Assembly: GCA_964480705.1 (NCBI GenBank)
Contig: CAYZPC010000002.1
Span: 22,254-86,253 of the forward strand
DNA: 64,000 nt
From: an uncultured archaeon
GTDB lineage: Archaea; Iainarchaeota; Iainarchaeia; Iainarchaeales; VGJJ01
Direction of reading: 5' to 3'
Both the position numbers and the translations under genes were made by a program. The stretch's first letter is position 1. Every line of letters begins with the position of its first letter. The notes beneath the pieces were generated by a model that was not told the DNA's origin, ran no database searches, and saw only the letters and a list, made by a program, of their open reading frames with translations. Below, one piece after another: positions 48,569 through 56,487 of the stretch.

Positions 48569-50072
48569 GCACCATGGGCATTCCTCCCCCTGGATGGGTG
48601 CTCGCACCCACAAAATACAAATGGTTGAATTCTTCGCTTTTTTGAGAGGGTCGGAAAACGCTGCTCTGCATGAATGTGGGAGAAAGTCCAAACGTCGCGC
48701 CGAAATTCATTCCGCTCAGCGCTTCCCACTCATTTGGAGTGAGCATTTCCTGCATGCGGATGTGTTTTTTCAAATTAGTGAGACCATTTTTTTCAAGTTG
48801 CGCAATGATTTTTTCTGCAAACTCTTTTTTTATTGAATTCCAATCGATGGGATGTCCATTTTTGGGATCGTTGGAGGGAACGGGAACGAGCACATACAGC
48901 AAATGCTTTCCCTTCGGGGCTAATGTTGAGTTGGTGCGCGAGGGCACGTTCACATAAATGCTTGGACTTGTTGAGAGTACTTTTTGTTCGAATAATTCGT
49001 GGAAGTTTTTCAAAAAATCCTCGCAGAAAAACACATTGTGATGCAGCAGCTGCGGGTAATCCGTGTCCACTCCCAGATAGAGCATGAATGCCGAGCACGT
49101 GTATTCGAGTTTTTTTAATTTTTCATCGGAATATTTTTTCCGAGATGTAGCGTGAATCAATTTTGAATACGTGGCCGGCAAATCCACATCGGACACTATT
49201 TTTTCCGCGCGAATAACTTCATTTGTATCGAGGCGAATTCCCGTTGCGGTGTTATTTTCAATCACAATCTCGGAAACATTTTTTCCATAATGGATTTTTA
49301 CTCCTAATTCGAGCGCGAGTTTTTCTATTTCGCTCACAATGGAGTATATTCCATTTTGGGGGTACCACACGCCCTGCGCTAATTCCACGTAGGGGACAAT
49401 GGTGTATGTTGCCGGCGTTAAGAGTGGGCTTTGTCCTAAGTACATGCTCTGAAAGCTGAATGCGAGTTTTATTTTTGGATTCGTAAAAAAGGTTGACATG
49501 TGGTCCCACATCGAGTGGAAGCCGTCCGCGTGTAAGAATGATAAAAATTTTCCCGAGAGGACGATATCCCAAATGGATGTGGGGGATTGGGCGATGAAAT
49601 TGGAGTAAACGTTTTCATACACCTCGTATTCGTGTTCGAGAAAGCGCAAAAACCCTCGCGCATCTTCAGGAGAAACGCGTTTTATTTCGCGGAGCATTTC
49701 GGGAAGATTCGAACTTACATCTAAGTGTTGTGCGTCCCAAAAATGCAAGCGGTACGATGGGGTGAGCAGGTTGATGGGCAGCACATCCTGCATTTTTTTT
49801 CCGCAGTAAGCAAATAACTCTTCAAATTCTCCCGGCATGAGGAGGAAAGTCGGTCCCAAATCAATGGTGTATCCTTTTACCTTTCGCTGCGCCGCTCTTC
49901 CCCCGGGAAAAGCGTTTTTTTCGTATATTTCCACGCGCTTACCCTGTTTAGCGAGGCGGCATGCGAGGGCAAGCCCCCCGAGTCCGGCGCCAATAATGAT
50001 GATTTCAGGCTCCCCTGCCGGAGAAGAGTGGAGTGTTTTGGCTCGTGTGCGGGAAGAAGATGGGGCTGCCAT
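48522..50072 (-). CDS. crtI: phytoene desaturase family FAD oxidoreductase (CrtI-like)
   Basis: IIIIGAGLGGLALACRLAKQGKRVEIYEKNAFPGGRA dinucleotide fold; ~500-aa CrtI length; downstream of crtB. Confidence 0.85.
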   Translation of the reverse strand: MAAPSSSRTRAKTLHSSPAGEPEIIIIGAGLGGLALACRLAKQGKRVEIYEKNAFPGGRAAQRKVKGYTIDLGPTFLLMPGEFEELFAYCGKKMQDVLPINLLTPSYRLHFWDAQHLDVSSNLPEMLREIKRVSPEDARGFLRFLEHEYEVYENVYSNFIAQSPTSIWDIVLSGKFLSFLHADGFHSMWDHMSTFFTNPKIKLAFSFQSMYLGQSPLLTPATYTIVPYVELAQGVWYPQNGIYSIVSEIEKLALELGVKIHYGKNVSEIVIENNTATGIRLDTNEVIRAEKIVSDVDLPATYSKLIHATSRKKYSDEKLKKLEYTCSAFMLYLGVDTDYPQLLHHNVFFCEDFLKNFHELFEQKVLSTSPSIYVNVPSRTNSTLAPKGKHLLYVLVPVPSNDPKNGHPIDWNSIKKEFAEKIIAQLEKNGLTNLKKHIRMQEMLTPNEWEALSGMNFGATFGLSPTFMQSSVFRPSQKSEEFNHLYFVGASTHPGGGMPMVLISARTCAEKIFAKK

Positions 50073-50093
50073 ACTGAAATATACTTTTGCACC

Positions 50094-50978
50094 CTATTTT
50101 GTTTTAATGTGCGCGGAAAGCGCTGTTTTTTCGGCGTGCAATAATTCTTTTTTTCGTTCATCTGAAACGTAAACGCGTTCCGTGTACACATCGTAGTTTC
50201 TTTTTTCTATCTCATTCAGTATTTCACGGTAGAATACGAGGCTGAGGCGCATTCCTAATTGTGCTTCGCGCGGAAGGTGTGCAATTCCTTCTTCGGAGCG
50301 CGTGTAATAGTCCCGCGCCCGCGTGATTTGATAATGCATCATTTTTCGAAAGGCGTCATTTTGTTCGCGCGATGCAATTTGGGAGTGAGTGTAATTGAAT
50401 TGTTTCAACTCGTCCTGGGGCAAATATACTCTTCCTGCATCGTGGTCTTCTTTTACGTCGCGCAGAATATTAGTGAGTTGCATCGCCACACCTAATTCAA
50501 TTGCATGTTCTAATGCGGAATGCGGCGCGCGGAGGACGTATGCCATGAGCAATCCGGGGATTGCTGCGGCAGAGAAGCAGTATTCGTATAGTTCGTCAAA
50601 ATTTTCATATGATTTTTTGTCTAAATCTTTTTCCAACCCATCCATTAGGCGGAAACCCCATTCGCGTGGAATAGCATACTGTCTGCACGTCTGCACAAAC
50701 GCATGCAAAATAGGGTCGGGGGAGGTTTCATTCTCCCACGCCAGAGTGAGATTGTTTCTCCACTCATTCAATCGAAGTTTTTTTTCCGCGAGCGATAAAT
50801 TTCCATCCACGATTTGATCAGTAACACGGCAAAAACCATAGGTTGCGTACGCGGCTAAGCGTTCTTTTTCAGGCAGATGCTCGGCAGCAAGGGAAAAACT
50901 AGTGGCGTGTTTTCGGCAAAGTTTTTCGGAATGAGAAAAATCAATGGCGGAAGTGTCCATTGTATTGGAAAGGCTCAT
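50094..50978 (-). CDS. crtB: phytoene synthase (squalene/phytoene synthase family)
   Basis: YCFSAAAIPG and QLTNILRDVKEDHDAGRVYLP motifs. Confidence 0.85.
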   Translation of the reverse strand: MSLSNTMDTSAIDFSHSEKLCRKHATSFSLAAEHLPEKERLAAYATYGFCRVTDQIVDGNLSLAEKKLRLNEWRNNLTLAWENETSPDPILHAFVQTCRQYAIPREWGFRLMDGLEKDLDKKSYENFDELYEYCFSAAAIPGLLMAYVLRAPHSALEHAIELGVAMQLTNILRDVKEDHDAGRVYLPQDELKQFNYTHSQIASREQNDAFRKMMHYQITRARDYYTRSEEGIAHLPREAQLGMRLSLVFYREILNEIEKRNYDVYTERVYVSDERKKELLHAEKTALSAHIKTK

Positions 50979-51053
50979 TGATACTATGTGGGTTTTTGAT
51001 TTAATAAAAGTGCTCTCGCACGCGCGAGAAGATGCGTGAATTAGAATGGGGAA

Positions 51054-52253
51054 TTACCACCCGTAATGGGCAGCGCGCGAGTATCCGAATGCGAGGAATG
51101 CATCCACCACGCCTTTTTGGTATAAGTCATAGTTGTGCGAGAGCACGTTGAATCCGACTTTTGCTTTATCCACGGCAGTCAGGTTGGATAATTCTTGAGG
51201 CATTAAGTGTCCAATGCGGTTTAACTCGTCTTCGGTAAAATTGTAGAGCGCATTTTTTCCTTTGATTATTTTTCCATAGGAGGGGAATTCATTGCGCCAC
51301 TTTTTTTCATACGTTGACAAAAAAGTTTTTGAAAAATTGGAATGAGTGAATGCGTCTTTTGCTACTTCCGCAGCCATGCGTCCGCTGACTAATCCTAATT
51401 GGGTTCCCCCTTCAAATAGTGGAGAAGTGAATCCCGCCGCATCGCCAATCAAAATGATTCCATCTCCCACCGTGTTTTGCACGGGTCCCGATGAGGGAAT
51501 GGGTCCGCCGAATGTTTTCACTATTTTTTTGTTTTGCCAATTCATTTCTTTCACGAATTGGTCCAAATACATTTTTGCTTTGGTGATATCAGTAGTCACA
51601 AGCCCCACATTGGCTCGCCCATCATTTTTGGGAATCATCCACAAATAGCCATGGGGAGAGAGTCGAGGCCACAAATAAAAGTCTAAATAATTTTCATGTG
51701 GAATATCAAGCATTTCATATTGGATTCCTGTCGTGACACTAAAGCGTGGGTTCATGTTAAGCATGCGGTTGGCCACTCCCGCGGCGCCGGAAGCGTCGAT
51801 AACCATGCGTGCGCGCACCATTCCTTGAGATGTTTGAATCTCCCACACATCATTTGTTCGGGCTAAACTGGTTACGCGCGTGGATAATGATAAGTGTGTG
51901 CCCGCATTCTGTGCCTCGTTTGAAAGCCATTTTTCAAACGCGTGTTTCTCTAAAACATATCCGGCTTCAGTTAATTTCACTTTGTGCGAGTCGGGAAAAA
52001 TAACATTGACTCCTTTGACCGGAAGGGCGATGACTTCTTTGGGAAATTTCATGTTGATGCGAACTTCAGCCATTTCACTTAAGCATTCCCCGCAGTGCAC
52101 CGGGTCTCCCACGCTGGCGTGTTCTTCAAGAATTACTGTCTTGAGCCCCATTTTAGACGCATGAATCGCCGCACTTCCCCCAGCGGGGCCTGCACCAATG
52201 ATGGCAATATCATACAGTGTCTGCGTGTCTAAGGTCATAGTATCATCGGCCAT
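51054..52253 (-). CDS. geranylgeranyl reductase family FAD-dependent oxidoreductase
   Basis: YDIAIIGAGPAGGSAA, HCGECLS motif characteristic of archaeal GGR. Confidence 0.8.
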   Translation of the reverse strand: MADDTMTLDTQTLYDIAIIGAGPAGGSAAIHASKMGLKTVILEEHASVGDPVHCGECLSEMAEVRINMKFPKEVIALPVKGVNVIFPDSHKVKLTEAGYVLEKHAFEKWLSNEAQNAGTHLSLSTRVTSLARTNDVWEIQTSQGMVRARMVIDASGAAGVANRMLNMNPRFSVTTGIQYEMLDIPHENYLDFYLWPRLSPHGYLWMIPKNDGRANVGLVTTDITKAKMYLDQFVKEMNWQNKKIVKTFGGPIPSSGPVQNTVGDGIILIGDAAGFTSPLFEGGTQLGLVSGRMAAEVAKDAFTHSNFSKTFLSTYEKKWRNEFPSYGKIIKGKNALYNFTEDELNRIGHLMPQELSNLTAVDKAKVGFNVLSHNYDLYQKGVVDAFLAFGYSRAAHYGW

Positions 52254-52292
52254 AAAAAAGAATTAAAAGGCACCCGAGTAAGGGGGGCAGGA

Positions 52293-52904
52293 TTAGTGTC
52301 CTGCGGCCTTTCGTCCTTCCATGAGGCGCATGTTCTGAACAAACGTCTCGGGGTTTTTCCAATTAAGATTTTTCATGAAGGCTTCAATGTAGTCTTTGCG
52401 TTTCGTTCCATAATCCAAAAAGTACGCGTGTTCATACACGTCGAGTATGAGAACAGGAGAGCAAGACCAAATTCCACCGTGGTTGTGCACGTCCGCAATG
52501 TAGTTGTGTAACTTCATGTCTTCCCAATCGAATGCGAGCACAACCCATCCGCGTGCGCATAATCCCAATGCCTTAAACTCGGCTTCCCATTTTTCATAGG
52601 AACCAAAATCTTGCTCAATCATATGAAGCAAATCCCCTGCTGGTTTTCCACCGTTTCCACCCATCGCGGCAAAATATCCTTCGTGCAAGCGCACCCCATT
52701 CACGGCAAATCCTTCTTCAAGTTTGAGTTCGCGCAAATCGGAGTGTGTTCCATTGGCTTTCGTCAAATCCACTGTTTTCAATTTTTCGCGGATTTCATCT
52801 GTTTTTTTCACGTACCCCACGTACAACACGTCGTGGTGCTCGGCCAATTGTTTTTCGGTTAGACCATTGAGGGCTTTGTAGGTTAAGGGTTTGGGTTCGG
52901 TCAT
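52293..52904 (-). CDS. sod: Fe/Mn superoxide dismutase (start at internal Met MTEPKPL)
   Basis: ...LDVYEHAYFLDY signature; upstream 110 codons of the track ORF overlap the methyltransferase gene. Confidence 0.85.
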   Translation of the reverse strand: MTEPKPLTYKALNGLTEKQLAEHHDVLYVGYVKKTDEIREKLKTVDLTKANGTHSDLRELKLEEGFAVNGVRLHEGYFAAMGGNGGKPAGDLLHMIEQDFGSYEKWEAEFKALGLCARGWVVLAFDWEDMKLHNYIADVHNHGGIWSCSPVLILDVYEHAYFLDYGTKRKDYIEAFMKNLNWKNPETFVQNMRLMEGRKAAGH

Positions 52905-52974
52905 GAGAATCACTCCTATCGTGAACGATATGTAACATTCGTTAATCAAAATGGCTTTAAACGACACCTCGTGT

Positions 52975-53634
52975 TTAGCGGGGGCGCATAAAAAGCACCA
53001 CGTATCCAGCCGAAAGCGGTTGGGCGTGCGTGCGCAGCGCAGGGGAGGTCGTTTCTGCCACGGGAACCTTTTCCACGAGGACGCGGCACCCCTCAAGAGA
53101 CGAAAGGGTGGAGAGTTTTTCCAAATACGCTTCTTCAACGCGGGACATTTCTCCCTCAAACGCATGCGTTCCGTGTGCGTCGCGGAAACGAATCCATAGG
53201 TAGGCACGCCCCCCGGGGGCGAGAGCGTGAGCAATGCGCGGCAATAGAGTGGAAAAGTTTCCTATTTCATGCAGGGCGCGAAAACTAACTATAATATCGC
53301 ACTCCCTCGACAGTGGAACCGTGTGCACATCCCCCTGAATGAATTCATCCAGCATGCGAGAGTCTTCGAGCGGGAGCAAGTCCACCCCTACCGTATGCAC
53401 TAAACTGCTCACGTGTTGCTTGACTTCGTGCAGCGCTTGTCCATTTCCGCAGCCAATGTCCAATATTCGACACGACCCTTTTTGGCGAATATATTCGGCC
53501 GCCATTTTTTCCAGAGGAGTGTTTTCTCCGAGGTTTTGCAGAAAGGTGTTGTATTGTTTTAGCGTCTGGTCGCGGAGAATGACTCCTTGCGCGTACCGTT
53601 CGCGGTATTTTTGGGCAGTATTTTCGAATGTCAT
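52975..53634 (-). CDS. class I SAM-dependent methyltransferase (start at internal Met MTFENT)
   Basis: ILDIGCGNGQAL motif I; post-I acidic residue VGVDL. Confidence 0.7.
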   Translation of the reverse strand: MTFENTAQKYRERYAQGVILRDQTLKQYNTFLQNLGENTPLEKMAAEYIRQKGSCRILDIGCGNGQALHEVKQHVSSLVHTVGVDLLPLEDSRMLDEFIQGDVHTVPLSRECDIIVSFRALHEIGNFSTLLPRIAHALAPGGRAYLWIRFRDAHGTHAFEGEMSRVEEAYLEKLSTLSSLEGCRVLVEKVPVAETTSPALRTHAQPLSAGYVVLFMRPR

Positions 53635-53662
53635 GAGTGTCCTACTGAATTGAAACGAATCA

Positions 53663-54091
53663 TTATTGCAGTGCGCGCTGCTGTTCGGATATTTTTTCTT
53701 TAAGTTGTGAAATGGGAATGCGTCCGGACTTTCCCGATAATTCATCGTGATAATACAATATGGTTGGTTCGTCAAATTGCCAGCATAATAATATTTCTCT
53801 ATTTTCAAATGTGGAATAAAAATCCACTAACCCTTGGGTGACGTCTTTTACATAGCACCCCAATCGAGTGAGTGCTTCCAACTCCGCAAAATATTTGAAT
53901 GATAATTCATGATAGCGTTTGTTGATGTTGATTGCCAAAAGGTGAGCCTGCCAGTCGAATGTGTCGGCGTGCACTTTCACTCCCGACAGTGCGGAGAGTT
54001 CATCGTGAATAGACATGAGCTTCTCCAAGTGTAACTTCACTTTGGGAAGCAGCCGCTCGGCTTCGTGCAATGTAAAATACCGGTGAGCCAT
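53663..54091 (-). CDS. conserved hypothetical protein (DUF2203-like)
   Basis: N-terminus MAHRYFTLHEAERLLPKVK resembles DUF2203 proteins; assignment from memory only. Confidence 0.4.
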   Translation of the reverse strand: MAHRYFTLHEAERLLPKVKLHLEKLMSIHDELSALSGVKVHADTFDWQAHLLAININKRYHELSFKYFAELEALTRLGCYVKDVTQGLVDFYSTFENREILLCWQFDEPTILYYHDELSGKSGRIPISQLKEKISEQQRALQ

Positions 54092-54129
54092 TCTCGTATT
54101 CGTTTTCTTTTCTTTTTAAGAGTGTCCGC

Positions 54130-55647
54130 TCATCGTGCGAATTTTTGCACACGCGCGCGGATTTTCTTGTACGCGGTGCGTGCCTGAATGGTTTGTGCAA
54201 GTTTTTCATCCGTTTTTTGCGGTCGTGTGAGATTTTCAGGGCGCATTATTTTTTCTATTTCAGTCGGGGTCAGAAGTCCTTCGGCTCGAATGATTTTTTC
54301 TACACTCACATGATTAGCCATGGCCTTTTTCACCATGAATGCGACCACATCATATCCTAAGTATGGATTCAGTGCAGTAGCGGTGGAGACGCTTTGTTGC
54401 AGCAGCATGTTCATGCGCGGCGTGGGGCGAATTTTTTTCAAACATTTTTCGCGGAACATTTTCAATCCGTTTGTTAAAAGTTCTTGCGACTCAAACAAGT
54501 TGCTTCCCATCACGGGCGTCATGACATTCAATTCAAGCTGCGTTGCCTCGCAGCTCAAACGGATGGTTTCATGATTTCCCTGCACGTGCAACGCGATCAT
54601 TTTCATTGCTTCTAAAATACTTGGGTTGATTTTTCCCGGCATGATGCTGCTTCCCGGTTCCACTTCCGGCAAGTGAATTTCTCCTATTCCAGCATACGGG
54701 TCTGAACCCAGGAGTATCCAGTCATTCATCCAAATCAGTAAGTCGCTCGCAAGTGTTGAGAGTGCATCCGAGTAGCGTTGAAACACACTCATGTGGCTCG
54801 TGTGATACATTTTTCGGTGCGAGGGGTAGAATGGAATGCCCGTCTCGCTGCGCAAGCGTTTAACCACTGCCACATCATACCCTGGTTCAGCGGTTATGCC
54901 CGTTCCGACTGCCGTCCCCCCAAGTGAGAGTTCGTGCATTTTTTCCTTGGTGGAGCGGATGCTCTGCCAGTCCTCGCGGAGGGATTGGGCGTACACGTAC
55001 AATTCTTGTCCAAATGTCACAGGCACGGCTGTTTGCAAGTGAGTGCGCCCTGTTTTGCTGGTGGTGCGGTAGTGGTGAGAAAGTTCCTCCGCGGCGTGAA
55101 TTGTTTCCATGAGTTCTTTTTCCAAGTGCGCAGAATACGATAATGTCGTGAGGCGAAGCGCCGTGGGAATGACATCATTAGTGGACTGCGCCATATTCAC
55201 ATGAATGTTTGGATGTATGCGCGCGTATTTTCCTTTGCGTTCTCCCAGCATTTCGAGCGCGCGATTGGCGATGATTTCATTCATCATCATGTTCAACGGT
55301 GTTCCCGCGCCGGCTTGAAACACATCTAAGTCAAACAGCTCATCAAATTTTCCGCGTTGAACTTCCTGTGCCGCGCGCACAATGGCATTTCCTTCTTTTG
55401 GTGGTAGTCTGCCCGCGTGCACATGTTCTTGCGCGGCAACCTGTTTCAATAATGCTAATCCATGATAGAAAGAGATGGGAAACCGTCTTGTTGAAAGTGA
55501 AAAGTTTTCATGAGCACGTGCGGAGAATATTCCTGTGTATGAATTAGCGGGAATGATTTTGGTGCCAATGGAATCTTGTTCGTGCCGCACTGTTTTGGAT
55601 GTGCGTCGTTTAGCGTGAGTGGGCATGTGTTTTTCTCCATTTTTCAT
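54130..55647 (-). CDS. class II fumarate hydratase / aspartate ammonia-lyase family enzyme (fumarase favoured by context)
   Basis: GSSIMPGKINPSILEA signature loop; ...GTAVGTGITAEPGYD...; 4-bp ATGA overlap with sdhB stop. Confidence 0.8.
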   Translation of the reverse strand: MKNGEKHMPTHAKRRTSKTVRHEQDSIGTKIIPANSYTGIFSARAHENFSLSTRRFPISFYHGLALLKQVAAQEHVHAGRLPPKEGNAIVRAAQEVQRGKFDELFDLDVFQAGAGTPLNMMMNEIIANRALEMLGERKGKYARIHPNIHVNMAQSTNDVIPTALRLTTLSYSAHLEKELMETIHAAEELSHHYRTTSKTGRTHLQTAVPVTFGQELYVYAQSLREDWQSIRSTKEKMHELSLGGTAVGTGITAEPGYDVAVVKRLRSETGIPFYPSHRKMYHTSHMSVFQRYSDALSTLASDLLIWMNDWILLGSDPYAGIGEIHLPEVEPGSSIMPGKINPSILEAMKMIALHVQGNHETIRLSCEATQLELNVMTPVMGSNLFESQELLTNGLKMFREKCLKKIRPTPRMNMLLQQSVSTATALNPYLGYDVVAFMVKKAMANHVSVEKIIRAEGLLTPTEIEKIMRPENLTRPQKTDEKLAQTIQARTAYKKIRARVQKFAR

Positions 55648-56486
55648 GTTCTTCTTCGTTTAGGAGAGTTTTTCTCTTTTTGAAGGGCGCTCATTTCACG
55701 AATGCGGTCTCCAGGGGCAATGTTCCGGGGGCACCAATTGGCCTTTTCCAAGGAATAGTGCACGGGGAGCATGGTCGAGTACCCTTCCACGCGTCGAGTA
55801 TCCCCATCCCGCATGTCAAACGTGTAGCGGTAGGCCTTTACCCACGCGGCCGGCCCTATCTCTCCGGCGTTTTTTCCATTCGTTTGAACAGAAGAAACAT
55901 TGGCATTGCAGAGTCCGCAGAGGATGCACTCCTGCGTCCGTGAGAGTTTTTTGACGTCATTTACTCCCATTTTGTGGTGTCTTCGCTCATCGTGTTTGCG
56001 CGGCACCACCCAGGGTTTGATTCGCAGTAATTCATCGAAGAATGGTTTTTCATCCACCACCAAATCTTTTATCACGCGCTCCACGTCTAAGGGTTCAATC
56101 CGCAGCGTGCGCGCGTGCGTGTCCATAGCATCGGAGACTTGTGTCACGCACCCCAATACGGGTTTTCCATTCACTTTTACTCCGCATGAACCGCATCCCC
56201 CGTAGCCGCAGCTTCCTCGAAAGGTCAAGCTTCCATCCTGCGTGTGTTTGATGCGCGTGAGTAAATCCAACACGCTTTCTCCTGGGTTTGCGTGGAGCGC
56301 ATATTCGTGGGTGCGCGGGTAGAAGTCCATTTCGGGATTGAATCGCGTCACGCGAACGTGCATAAGTGAATGTGTTTCCGTACGAATAGTGGCCGCGCGC
56401 GTGGATGCGCGTGTTTTCTTTTTTCGCACTATCTTTCGAGTCGCTTTTTTCGATTTTGAAGAGGATGAGCGTGTTTTTTTGGCCAT
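55644..56486 (-). CDS. sdhB: succinate dehydrogenase/fumarate reductase iron-sulfur subunit, atypical (8 Cys only), basic N-terminal extension
   Basis: [2Fe-2S] CGYGGCGSCGV...C and CILCGLC...WCP; canonical [3Fe-4S] ligand positions are V and absent. Confidence 0.8.
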   Translation of the reverse strand: MAKKTRSSSSKSKKATRKIVRKKKTRASTRAATIRTETHSLMHVRVTRFNPEMDFYPRTHEYALHANPGESVLDLLTRIKHTQDGSLTFRGSCGYGGCGSCGVKVNGKPVLGCVTQVSDAMDTHARTLRIEPLDVERVIKDLVVDEKPFFDELLRIKPWVVPRKHDERRHHKMGVNDVKKLSRTQECILCGLCNANVSSVQTNGKNAGEIGPAAWVKAYRYTFDMRDGDTRRVEGYSTMLPVHYSLEKANWCPRNIAPGDRIREMSALQKEKNSPKRRRT

Positions 56487-56487
56487 A

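Noticed and set aside
52905-53234. 110-codon N-terminal extension of the SOD ORF
   Set aside because: It overlaps the upstream methyltransferase gene. The SOD homology begins at MTEPKPL (52904), giving a normal ~200-aa Fe/Mn SOD.
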